The position numbers were made by a program, and so were the translations under genes. Source: a virus (Duplodnaviria > Caudoviricetes). From it: a DNA stretch of 44,246 nt. The stretch is taken from IMG/VR virus record IMGVR_UViG_3300037470_000544, positions 1 through 44,246 of that record, one strand, 5' to 3'. Of this stretch, positions 35,618 to 44,225 are shown piece after piece. Every line of letters starts with the position of its first letter. Within the stretch, counting starts at the first letter, position 1. The notes under the pieces were generated by a model that saw nothing but the letters and a program-made list of their open reading frames with translations, did no database searches and was not told the origin of the DNA.

Positions 35618-36135
35618 TGAATAGCGAAAGCACATTCCTTCGAGAGAAAATTCTTGAACACCTGTTCGGGCTGGAGGGCGGCTATGTAGACGATCCTGAT
35701 GACCGGGGCGGCGAAACCAAATTCGGTATTTCGAAAAAAGCCTACCCCAAACTCGATATTAAAAATCTTACTCTTAGGCAGGCGTCGGCCATATACCTGC
35801 AGGATTACTGGGATGCCTGCCGCTGCGACGATATGGACGACATGATGGCGGTGCTGGTATTCGACGCTGCGGTGAATCATGGGGCGCGCCGCGCAGCCAT
35901 GTTCCTGCAACGCCTGGTCAACAGCAAGATGGACGGCGTCATCGGCAACAAGACGCTGGCGGCCCTGCGCAAAAAGCTGATCGTCTATAGCGACCACGAC
36001 CTTATGGTTGAATTCCTTGGCTACCGCGCCGAGTTTTACCACGGCATCGTACAGGGCGATTCACGCCAGGCAAAATTTCTACGCGGCTGGTTCAATCGCC
36101 TGTTTAAGCTGCAGCAGTTCATACTGGAGACATAG
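35617..36135 (+). CDS. Endolysin, glycoside hydrolase family 108 with peptidoglycan-binding C-terminus
   Basis: EGGYVDDPDDRGGETKFGIS, FDAAVNHG, DGVIGNKTL, FLRGWFNR. Confidence 0.93.
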   Translation: MNSESTFLREKILEHLFGLEGGYVDDPDDRGGETKFGISKKAYPKLDIKNLTLRQASAIYLQDYWDACRCDDMDDMMAVLVFDAAVNHGARRAAMFLQRLVNSKMDGVIGNKTLAALRKKLIVYSDHDLMVEFLGYRAEFYHGIVQGDSRQAKFLRGWFNRLFKLQQFILET

Positions 36136-36699
36136 ATGGAACCCTTAACCCTTGCTGTTGGATTAAGCAAACTGGTGCCATCCGTAATGCGTTGGTTCGG
36201 CAATGACGACGACGCTAAAACCGCCGATCAGATCATCGACGTGGCAAAAAAGGTCACGGGCGTCAACGATTCCCAGTCCGCCGTCGATCTGATCCATGAC
36301 GATCCTGAGTTACAGCTGGAGTTCCAGCAGGCCATGCAGCCGGTGATCATCGCCCGATATGAGGCGGAGACCAAGCAGCTCGAATCGGTCAACGCCACCA
36401 TGCGCGCCGAGTATGCAAGCAAGCGCTGGTTTATCGCCGGATGGCGTCCGTTCTTCGGTTACATCGTGGCATTGTCGTGGTTCATGCTCATGGTTGCTAT
36501 CGGCGTGGTGATATTTACCAGCCCAAAAGAGGCACCGGCGATCATCGCCGCGATAGGCTCTCTCTCATTTATGTGGTCGATCGCCCTGGGTGTTCTGGGT
36601 GTGAGCGTTCACAAACGCAGCAAGGACAAGCAGCTTGCGGCCGGGCAGGCATCGCCACCAGGATTGTTATCAGCCATCGCGTCAAGGATCATGAAATAG
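36136..36699 (+). CDS. Putative holin (3TM/GTA-holin type)
   Basis: WRPFFGY motif, two C-terminal TM segments, RSKDK; follows endolysin. Confidence 0.78.
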   Translation: MEPLTLAVGLSKLVPSVMRWFGNDDDAKTADQIIDVAKKVTGVNDSQSAVDLIHDDPELQLEFQQAMQPVIIARYEAETKQLESVNATMRAEYASKRWFIAGWRPFFGYIVALSWFMLMVAIGVVIFTSPKEAPAIIAAIGSLSFMWSIALGVLGVSVHKRSKDKQLAAGQASPPGLLSAIASRIMK

Positions 36700-36700
36700 C

Positions 36701-36949
36701 ATGGATATGCGCCAGCCGGACAAGCTCGACGTGGCCAGTGAGATCGAAGAGGCCGAACGTTTGAGCGTTATCGAGCAGCACATTAACCGGCCAAAGCAGA
36801 CACCCACGATCGTCGGTGGCCTGCGCCTATGTGACGACTGTGGCGATGTAATTCCGCCCCAGCGCATCGAAGCCTCGCCAGACTGCGTGCGCTGTATCTA
36901 CTGCGAAACCGATCATGACAAAAAACAACTACATCGCGCGAGGCGCTAA
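36701..36949 (+). CDS. TraR/DksA family C4 zinc-finger protein
   Basis: DKLDVASE, CDDCGDVIPPQR...RCIYC. Confidence 0.88.
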   Translation: MDMRQPDKLDVASEIEEAERLSVIEQHINRPKQTPTIVGGLRLCDDCGDVIPPQRIEASPDCVRCIYCETDHDKKQLHRARR

Positions 36950-37176
36950 TGTCGAACCTGGAAAAAATTAACCGCTCGCTGGGCAACCTGGAAGGCAAGG
37001 TCGATTTTATCATCAGCAAAATGGAGCAACAGGATGCCGACGACAGGGCGTTCGATGAACGCCTGCGGCATACCGAGGTGAAGTCCGCCCGAAACAGCGT
37101 AATCGGTGGTGGCGTCGTATCGGTTGCCCTGATGTTCATTAAAGAAGTCGTAACAAGAGCAACCTCGGGGACTTAA
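36949..37176 (+). CDS. Small coiled-coil plus TM protein
   Basis: LGNLEGKVD, DERLRHTE, C-terminal TM; precedes small terminase. Confidence 0.72.
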   Translation: MSNLEKINRSLGNLEGKVDFIISKMEQQDADDRAFDERLRHTEVKSARNSVIGGGVVSVALMFIKEVVTRATSGT

Positions 37177-37179
37177 CGT

Positions 37180-37683
37180 GTGGCTTATCCAGAAGAAAAG
37201 AAGCTCGCCGTCCGCCGATCCTATGTCTACCAGCGCCTCTCGTTGCAGCATGCGGCGGACGTCAACGAGGTAAATTACCAGACCGCCCGTGCCTGGAAGC
37301 GTAAGGCCGCTGATGATGGGGACGACTGGGATACCGCTCGCACGGCGTCACGCATGGCCGGTGGTGGCGTCGGTGACATGACAGCCGAAGTCCTTGAGGA
37401 CTTCGCTTTGTTATTTCAATCCACCATTACCGAACTGAAAGAGGGTGACTTTAATGCATTGCAAAAGGCCGAGGTGATCAGTCGGCTGAGCGATGCGTAC
37501 ACGAAGACCATGAAAGCCGCCGGTGGATCAAACCCGAAAATTGCAAAATTGTCCGTGGCCATGGAGGTGCTGGATGAGCTGGCCAAGTTCATTCGCAAGA
37601 ACTCCCCCCAGGACCTTGAGCGGTTCGCATCGATACTCGATCCGTTTGGTCAGCATATCAGTCGGGTCATGAGTCATGCATGA
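37180..37683 (+). CDS. Putative small terminase subunit (DUF1804)
   Basis: VRRSYVY, TARAWKRKA..GDDWD.AR; directly before large terminase. Confidence 0.85.
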   Translation: MAYPEEKKLAVRRSYVYQRLSLQHAADVNEVNYQTARAWKRKAADDGDDWDTARTASRMAGGGVGDMTAEVLEDFALLFQSTITELKEGDFNALQKAEVISRLSDAYTKTMKAAGGSNPKIAKLSVAMEVLDELAKFIRKNSPQDLERFASILDPFGQHISRVMSHA

Positions 37684-39403
37684 GCGTGAATTCCTCGATG
37701 AGCTGGACCAGCTTTCGGTTTCGCTTCGGCAGTCCATCGAGGCATTTCACGCCGGGCTGGACGACAGTGAAGAGGCGATCAAAGCCAGGCGACGGCGCGT
37801 TTTATCGGGTGACTATCGGTTTTTTGCATACACCTATTTCCCCCATCACATTCGCGGTGAGCCGTCCAGGTTTCAGGACTTTTTTTGCGACCGCTTCCCC
37901 CAGTTGCTGAGCCGACCGGGCGGATGCAAGGAATTTTTCGTCGCACCGCGTGGCGAGGCCAAGTCCTCATTGTTGCCCAAGATCGGGCCGGTGTATATCG
38001 CTGTGCAGGCACTGTTGCAACGCCAAAAGGTGCGTGATGAGATCGGGCTGGATGAGGCGCCCAAGTTTCTCGATTACGTAGTGCTACTCGGTGCCGAGAC
38101 CAAGCTGCCCACCAAACTGATGCAGGTGGTCAAAACCGAACTGGAATCCAACGCTATGCTGGCAATGGATTTTCCGGAAGTCTGCGGTCGCGGTCCGGTG
38201 TGGAAGGTAGGCGAGATAGTGACTCGTACGAATGTCAAGGTAGAGCCTTTCGGCGCTGAACAGGCGATACGCGGTACGTTCCACGGCTCATCACGGCCCA
38301 AGGTATTGATGCCTGACGATATCATCACAGACAAGGAAGCCAAGAGCCCGACCGAACGCGACAACCGCTGGCAATGGATGGAGGCGGCTGTTGATTACCT
38401 GGGTGATCCGGATGGCACGGTAAAGCTCATAGGTACAGGTACCATTCTTAACCGGGACGATCCGATTTCCCGTGCCAAACACAGCATTGGTTATGTCGTG
38501 CATCATTACAAGGCCATCGAGAAATTTCCTGACAATATGGAGCTGTGGGAGCAGTGCCAGGCGCTGATGCTCAACGACGACAAACGATTTGAGAACGAGC
38601 AAAAAGATGCTGCACCCGGTATGACAGACCTGCCCAGCTATCGTTTCTACCTCAAGCATAAGTCGGCCATGGATAAAGGGGCAGTTACATCCTGGCCTCA
38701 GGTGCGATCGCTCTACTACCTGATGCGCCAGCGTGCAAAGAATAAAAAGACCTTCGACACCGAAATGCAGGGCGATGCCCGCAGCGATGAAGACAAGGTA
38801 TTTACCAACATCACCTACTGGGTGCAGCGACTCAGACACTGGATTTACTTCGGGGCCTGTGACCCGTCCATGGGAAAATCTGAAAAATCTGACCCTAGCG
38901 CCATACTGGTTGGCGGCTGGGACACCGAAAACAAAAAGCTGCAGGTGGTCCACGCCGATATGAAGCGACGCGTACCCAGCATGATTCTGGGCGACCTGAT
39001 CGCCGTGCAGGGAGAGTTCAACTGTATGTCCATCGGCTTCGAAAACAATAACGCCTACGAGCATATGCGCGGCGATTTTATCGATCGTGCGCTGAGGGAT
39101 TACGACACCCCATTGCCACTTTATGGTGTTACAGCCTCCGTCGATCGCGATATCCGCATCGGGTCGCTGGATCACTTTATCAATGATGCATTCAATCCTC
39201 GCATTTTGTTCCATGCGGCGCTGATTCAGCTGCTCGATCAGCTCGACACCTGGCCAGAAAAACAGGGTCACCACCACTACGATGGACTGGTTGCGTTAGA
39301 GATACTCTGGAAGATTGCGTCAACCAGGGCGGGAGGAGTACCCAAAATAGCAACATCGTCCAAGCGCAGAGCGCGCGATGCATACCGAGGTTACGATGGA
39401 TAA
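37676..39403 (+). CDS. Terminase large subunit
   Basis: APRGEAKS Walker A, RP..LMPDDI Walker B, GACDPSMG and HYDG nuclease motifs. Confidence 0.93.
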   Translation: MHEREFLDELDQLSVSLRQSIEAFHAGLDDSEEAIKARRRRVLSGDYRFFAYTYFPHHIRGEPSRFQDFFCDRFPQLLSRPGGCKEFFVAPRGEAKSSLLPKIGPVYIAVQALLQRQKVRDEIGLDEAPKFLDYVVLLGAETKLPTKLMQVVKTELESNAMLAMDFPEVCGRGPVWKVGEIVTRTNVKVEPFGAEQAIRGTFHGSSRPKVLMPDDIITDKEAKSPTERDNRWQWMEAAVDYLGDPDGTVKLIGTGTILNRDDPISRAKHSIGYVVHHYKAIEKFPDNMELWEQCQALMLNDDKRFENEQKDAAPGMTDLPSYRFYLKHKSAMDKGAVTSWPQVRSLYYLMRQRAKNKKTFDTEMQGDARSDEDKVFTNITYWVQRLRHWIYFGACDPSMGKSEKSDPSAILVGGWDTENKKLQVVHADMKRRVPSMILGDLIAVQGEFNCMSIGFENNNAYEHMRGDFIDRALRDYDTPLPLYGVTASVDRDIRIGSLDHFINDAFNPRILFHAALIQLLDQLDTWPEKQGHHHYDGLVALEILWKIASTRAGGVPKIATSSKRRARDAYRGYDG

Positions 39404-40907
39404 TCAAGACATTAAAAAAGCCGGCAAGAGTTCGCTGCGCAGTGAAATTGCGACCCGGCAGTCGGACCCGAATTTTTACGGGGCGCTGAGTTTCTTGCCT
39501 AACCCCGACACCGTGCTGCGCAAGATGGGGAAGAGCCAGGAAGTGTTCGATGCCATTGTGCTGGATAGTCATGTCATCGGTGACATTCGCTCCGTGCGAT
39601 CAGGACTGCTTTCGTTCGAATATCGGCTGCAGGCGGGAGGAGAACAGCCGGCCGATCTCCAGGCGCTGGAGTTGTGTGAAAAAAGGATGGACGATCGGCC
39701 TGCACCAGGTATGCAGTGGTCGGATGTCATCTGGTCTATGGCCAGTGCGGTATTTCGCGGCTTGCGGGTACATGAAATCGTCTGGCAGCGGGAAGATCAG
39801 TTCCTGATACCGGGCCGCGTTCTAGACCGGCCCAACAGGCGTTTTGTCTTCAGCCCTGACAACGAACTGCGATTGCTTACACGTGACAATCTTGTGGAAG
39901 GTGATCCGCTGGCCGATTATAAAATGCTGCTCACGCGGCATATGCATACCTATGAAAACCCCTATGGTATTGCATTGTTCAGCGCCTGCTTCTGGCCCTA
40001 TACCTTCAAGCATAACGGCTACAAGTATTTTGTGAAATTCTGCGAGAAATACGGCATACCCTGGGCCATAGGCAAGTACCCCCAGGGCACGCCGCGTGAA
40101 GACCAGAACGCACTGGCCGACCAGCTGGCCGATATGATCGAGGACGGTGTCGCAGCCATCCCGGATGACGGATCGGTCGAACTGTTGAGTGTTAGCAGCA
40201 CCGGCCAGCAGCTTCCCCAGGAGCGCTTGATCCAGGCATGCAATAAGGAGATGTCCAAAGCGCTGACATCGCAGACCCTGGCGACCGAGATACAGGGCCA
40301 GGGCAGCCGGGCTGCGTCGCAAACCCATCGGGAGCGTGAGCAGTCGGTGAACCAGTCTGATCGACAGATCATTTGCGATACCTTCAATCAGTTGTTCGAG
40401 TGGATGACCCAGCTCAATTTCAAAGACGCCAGACCGCCGACCTTCGAGTTCTACGAAGAGGCAGAGGCCCGGCAGGAATGGGTAGATGTTATCGATAAAG
40501 CGAGAGGCTTTATTAATATACCCATCTCATTCGCTCATGAACGATTGCAGATTCCAATGCCTGAAGACGGTGAGGATGTATTGCCGCGTGCGGCAGCACC
40601 TGCGCCTGGGCCGACTGAATTCAGTCGCTGCCCCAACTGTGGCGGCACCCATGAGTTCAATGCCAAAGACGAAGAGCACATTAACAACCTGGTCGAACAC
40701 GCCGCGCAGCAGGCAGACAAATTGCTCGCTGGCTTGCAGCAACCGATCAGGGATTTGCTGAAGAAGGCCAATACCGTCAGCGAATTCCGCGACGGCCTGG
40801 AAGGCATCATCCCGGAAATGGATGAAACCCAGTTGGGTGAAATGACCGCCATGGCGCTGATGACCGGCCTGCTCAACGGCATGCACCAGACAAAGGAGGA
40901 TGGGTAG
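39396..40907 (+). CDS. Portal protein (Mu gp29/DUF935)
   Basis: NPYGIAL, FCEKYGIP..IGKYP, CNKEMSKALTSQTL. Confidence 0.93.
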   Translation: MDNQDIKKAGKSSLRSEIATRQSDPNFYGALSFLPNPDTVLRKMGKSQEVFDAIVLDSHVIGDIRSVRSGLLSFEYRLQAGGEQPADLQALELCEKRMDDRPAPGMQWSDVIWSMASAVFRGLRVHEIVWQREDQFLIPGRVLDRPNRRFVFSPDNELRLLTRDNLVEGDPLADYKMLLTRHMHTYENPYGIALFSACFWPYTFKHNGYKYFVKFCEKYGIPWAIGKYPQGTPREDQNALADQLADMIEDGVAAIPDDGSVELLSVSSTGQQLPQERLIQACNKEMSKALTSQTLATEIQGQGSRAASQTHREREQSVNQSDRQIICDTFNQLFEWMTQLNFKDARPPTFEFYEEAEARQEWVDVIDKARGFINIPISFAHERLQIPMPEDGEDVLPRAAAPAPGPTEFSRCPNCGGTHEFNAKDEEHINNLVEHAAQQADKLLAGLQQPIRDLLKKANTVSEFRDGLEGIIPEMDETQLGEMTAMALMTGLLNGMHQTKEDG

Positions 40908-41171
40908 ATGAAAGAAAGTTTTAACGTGGCACGTTCAGCTGACGCACCAATGTCCGACGCGGCCCGTGACTATGTGAGTTCACAGTTCTCGGGGCCGCTG
41001 TCGAGGGCGCCGTTTTCCAAACCTGATCCAGGCGAGCTGAAATGCTGCAAATGTGGCCTGACGCGCGTATTCGACAAGTCCAGGTCATATGAGGATCAAT
41101 GCGACTGCTCGCATCCTGATTGCCTGGGCCAGATGTTCTGTAACAAGTGGCCATCGTGGCGGGATGGGTAA
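40908..41171 (+). CDS. Cys-rich hypothetical protein
   Basis: GGAGG RBS; CCKC...CDCSHPDC. Confidence 0.6.
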   Translation: MKESFNVARSADAPMSDAARDYVSSQFSGPLSRAPFSKPDPGELKCCKCGLTRVFDKSRSYEDQCDCSHPDCLGQMFCNKWPSWRDG

Positions 41172-41172
41172 C

Positions 41173-41421
41173 ATGTTCGCAAAACTATATGAATCGAACA
41201 TCGGGCAAATACTTGTCAAACTCGATGAAGGTGACAAAGGCCCGGAGGTCAGGTTTTATTTTAAACCGGATTTACTGGGCGTCTGTTCACTGGCGACACA
41301 ATTCGATGATACGGATTCGGGATGGCAAAAGGCTGAGTCATTCTTTCAGAAAGTAGACTATGAAGCGGCCTATCGTATTGCTTCCGAAACATTAAATAAA
41401 ATAGGAGAAACCTATGTTTGA
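41173..41421 (+). CDS. Hypothetical protein
   Basis: Coupled ORF MFAKLYES..GQILVK. Confidence 0.68.
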   Translation: MFAKLYESNIGQILVKLDEGDKGPEVRFYFKPDLLGVCSLATQFDDTDSGWQKAESFFQKVDYEAAYRIASETLNKIGETYV

Positions 41422-41734
41422 CTGGATACTTAATTTCCAATTCAACAGCCTGCTAGGCGTATTTCTATATTGGCTGCCGCTCGGCTTCTGCACCTATGGC
41501 TATTTAATCAGCACCTGGGAAGATTACCGCCGCGATATCAAGGCTCGCGATACTCATGCCACTTACTACCCACAATTAACCATTGGTGATGTGGTTGGCC
41601 GTATCTTCGTTGCTGTGGCACCTGTGATTAACCTGCTTGCTGCAGTATTCGATGTAGCGCCGACGGTCTTCGGCAGGTTTTTCAATTGGTGCGGAAGGGT
41701 ACTAAACCAGCCTCTGGTTCCAGATAGGAAATGA
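41414..41734 (+). CDS. Membrane hypothetical protein
   Basis: AGGAG RBS; two hydrophobic segments. Confidence 0.7.
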   Translation: MFDWILNFQFNSLLGVFLYWLPLGFCTYGYLISTWEDYRRDIKARDTHATYYPQLTIGDVVGRIFVAVAPVINLLAAVFDVAPTVFGRFFNWCGRVLNQPLVPDRK

Positions 41735-41914
41735 AATCGGAGATGCTCCGTTTGACTTAATACCAGGTAGGAGCGGGAAAGATGCCGACAGGGGATAGCG
41801 ACACGGATGTCCATAGCACTGCCCCGGTGCTTGAGGCAAAACCGCTCCATTCACTTAGGCCGGGTGACTGGATTAAATTAGACGCAGGAAATCCCGGCTG
41901 AAGGAGGTACGACT

Positions 41915-42172
41915 ATGTTAAACATCGAGGTGCATGTGGAGCGGATCAGCAACGGTTTTATTGTGACTGGGAATGACAGCACTAAGACCAAGCGATACTT
42001 TCCCAGCATGGAGGACTTTGTGAAATCGGAAATACTGGAAGCGGCAAAAGAGGAAGACCGGTATTTCCGTGAATACGCCGCAGATGGCGTGGAGTTCGAT
42101 ATTCGTGCGGTAACCAGCCCGCACCAGAGTTGCGCCGATGACCGCAGCAAGGAAGGCACCAAACTGGAGTGA
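41915..42172 (+). CDS. Hypothetical protein
   Basis: AAGGAGGT RBS; VERISNGFIV N-terminus. Confidence 0.72.
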   Translation: MLNIEVHVERISNGFIVTGNDSTKTKRYFPSMEDFVKSEILEAAKEEDRYFREYAADGVEFDIRAVTSPHQSCADDRSKEGTKLE

Positions 42173-42178
42173 ATTGGT

Positions 42179-42460
42179 ATGCGAATTCTACATCTGACAC
42201 TGAAAAAGAAATGGTTCGACATGATCGCCAGTGGCGAGAAGCGCGAAGAGTACCGCGAGATAAAACCGTATTGGACTCGCAGGATAGCTGAGCCTGGTAC
42301 TGACTACGACGCAGTGAAGTTCCGCAATGGATATCGGCCAGACTCGCCCACAGTGACGGTCGAGCTGGAGGGGGTGTTTTCCGGCATGGGTCGCCCGGAA
42401 TGGGGAGCGCCAAACCAGCGCGTGTACATTCTGCGCCTCGGCGATATTTTAGGCGCATAA
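42179..42460 (+). CDS. ASCH-domain protein
   Basis: LHLTLKKKWFDMIASGEKREEYR (GxKxxExR), FRNGY. Confidence 0.85.
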   Translation: MRILHLTLKKKWFDMIASGEKREEYREIKPYWTRRIAEPGTDYDAVKFRNGYRPDSPTVTVELEGVFSGMGRPEWGAPNQRVYILRLGDILGA

Positions 42461-42493
42461 CAGTTTGATAGATAACCTGATGGGCACGTAACA

Positions 42494-43738
42494 ATGGCTG
42501 ATATCGATATAGGCTCTGTCCCCTTTACTGAGGCGATCGATTACTTCAAGGGCAAACTGAACCTGCCGTCGGCATACTGGAACGAACTCTCAGCAGAAGT
42601 TCATGCCAAGGCGTTCACCGTGGCCGGAGCCACCAAGCTGTCGCTGGTGGATGACCTGAGGGTGGCCACAGAAGATGCTGTCCGCAATGGCATATCCATC
42701 GGCGAGTTTCGCAAGCAGTTCGACGACATCGCCTCCCGCCACGGCTGGGATTACAAGGGCAATCGCAGCTGGCGCACGCGAGTCATCTACGACACCAACC
42801 TGCGCACCGCCCACATGGCAGGTCGCTGGAAACAGCTCCAACGCACCAAGGCCCGCCGACCCTATATGCAGTACCTCACCGCCGGTGACCAACGTGTTCG
42901 CCCGGAACACCAGGCCTGGAACAAGCTAGTGCTGCCCATCGATGATGTTTTCTGGATTACCCACTACCCACCGAACGGCTGGGGCTGCCGGTGCACAGTG
43001 CGCACCTTGTCTTTACGGCAGATCAGGCGAGAGAAGCTGGATATAGACCAGGCGCCGGCCATCAAGCGAACCGATCGGGTCAATACCCGCACCGGCGAAG
43101 TGTTCAAACAGGTGCCGGAGGGCATCGACCCAGGATGGGATTACAATGTCGGCAAGGCCTGGCAGGGTCCGGATACGGCCCTGGGTGAACACATCATGCG
43201 CATGCCCGATGGACTCCGAACCCAGGCGCTGGCCGATGCCCAAAATCTGGTGCCGCACCTGGCCAGGGAATTCAGCCCCTGGGCAAACCGGCTCATCAAG
43301 CGCAAGCGCCCCCTGGGGGAAATTAAAACCATTGGCTATATTGGCCCCGAGCTGGTTTCACAACTTGCCCAGCGAGAAAAGCTGCCGGTATCGGCCCTGA
43401 TCACCGCCACCGACAAGGAAGTGATGCACATGCTGCGTGAGGCCAAGGATGGCAAACACCTCCCGGTCGACATGATCCGCAACCTGCCCAATGTGATCGG
43501 CTCGCCAAAGGCGGTTCTCTGGGATAAACGCAATCCGGCCCTGCTGTATGTATTCGATCCGCCAGGTGACACCAGGAAGGGCAAAGTGGTCATCCGGGTG
43601 AACTACAAGATAAAGGCGCGGGGCGCCGATTCGCAACGCCACAGCATTACGACCAATAGCCTGAGGACCGGCGGCCTGGTAGACACCAGTAACTTGAAGG
43701 ATGAATCGTTCTATGAAGTGATTGAAGGAAAGCTGTGA
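42494..43738 (+). CDS. Minor head protein MuF (gpF/gp30) with C-terminal extension (possible BECR-fold nuclease)
   Basis: AFTVAG, IYDTNLRTA..AGRW, GDQRVRPEH, YPPNGWGCRC, GIDPGWDYNVG; ~165-aa C-terminal domain. Confidence 0.9.
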   Translation: MADIDIGSVPFTEAIDYFKGKLNLPSAYWNELSAEVHAKAFTVAGATKLSLVDDLRVATEDAVRNGISIGEFRKQFDDIASRHGWDYKGNRSWRTRVIYDTNLRTAHMAGRWKQLQRTKARRPYMQYLTAGDQRVRPEHQAWNKLVLPIDDVFWITHYPPNGWGCRCTVRTLSLRQIRREKLDIDQAPAIKRTDRVNTRTGEVFKQVPEGIDPGWDYNVGKAWQGPDTALGEHIMRMPDGLRTQALADAQNLVPHLAREFSPWANRLIKRKRPLGEIKTIGYIGPELVSQLAQREKLPVSALITATDKEVMHMLREAKDGKHLPVDMIRNLPNVIGSPKAVLWDKRNPALLYVFDPPGDTRKGKVVIRVNYKIKARGADSQRHSITTNSLRTGGLVDTSNLKDESFYEVIEGKL

Positions 43739-43833
43739 TGCGTTGGGGGTACGCCACCTTCCCCGTAGGGGTATCGGCTCTCGCCGCTTACCCAACCGGA
43801 CCGGCGATTTCCCGGTTGCCTGCATCACAGCCC
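43730..43833 (-). ncRNA. Candidate multi-stem antisense RNA overlapping the gpF stop codon
   Basis: 10-12-bp closing stem, three internal hairpins, GAGA tetraloop in minus sense, upstream TTGTTT-16-TATCAT. Confidence 0.5.
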
Positions 43834-43971
43834 TATATCAATGATAATAGAATCGGCCTTTAAAACAACCATTAAACCGATTTAACCGGCTTTTAGTGGT
43901 AATTTAATAGATCATTATTACCAGTATTTCGGCTATTTATTACTGGTAATTTTTGCTTTTTTTATGTTTTT

Positions 43972-44088
43972 TGTCTCATTTCATATGTAAAACAGATTTC
44001 AGGCCTGAATCCCGGAAAGGCCGCCACAATGAGCTTTTCGCCGTTTTTTTTCGTTTTTGGTTTATCTCATTTCTAACATCCCCCCACA
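43972..44088 (-). promoter_or_regulatory. Prophage end (attL-like) with putative transposase-binding sites
   Basis: GAAATGAGATA (minus) at 44063-44073, starting at position 16 from the end as at the other terminus; GAAATGAGACA (minus) at 43972-43982. Confidence 0.75.
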
Positions 44089-44093
44089 CTTGG
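44089..44093 (+). repeat. Right 5-bp target-site duplication CTTGG
   Basis: Directly after terminal CA at 44087-44088. Confidence 0.9.
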
Positions 44094-44225
44094 GGCGGCA
44101 TTTTTTTGGTTACTTTTTTGTTGCTGCAGACAAAAAAGTAACTCGCCAGCGGGCGAAACCCGATGCCTGCAAATAGAAAACACGAAAACCACAAAGAACA
44201 ACTCCAGAAACGAAGAAAAGGCTCC
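44094..44225 (-). repeat. Host repeat copy C, right half
   Basis: Imperfect reverse complement of 4218-4400 without the 52-bp insert. Confidence 0.82.

Larger units (their letters stand above)
5056..44088. mobile_element. Complete Mu-like transposable prophage (contractile tail), 39,033 bp
   Basis: TG...CA ends, 5-bp TSD, symmetric end repeats, DDE transposase plus AAA+ ATPase, Mu-type head/tail/baseplate genes. Confidence 0.95.

Noticed and set aside
38291-39277. 328-aa antisense ORF inside terminase, and similar shadow ORFs across the prophage
   Set aside because: Opposite-strand shadows of well-supported GC-rich genes, with no motifs or RBS
43730-43833. A canonical tRNA gene
   Set aside because: No TTC-containing T-loop, no 7-nt anticodon loop, no CCA, and the closing stem is too long; kept as a candidate ncRNA instead
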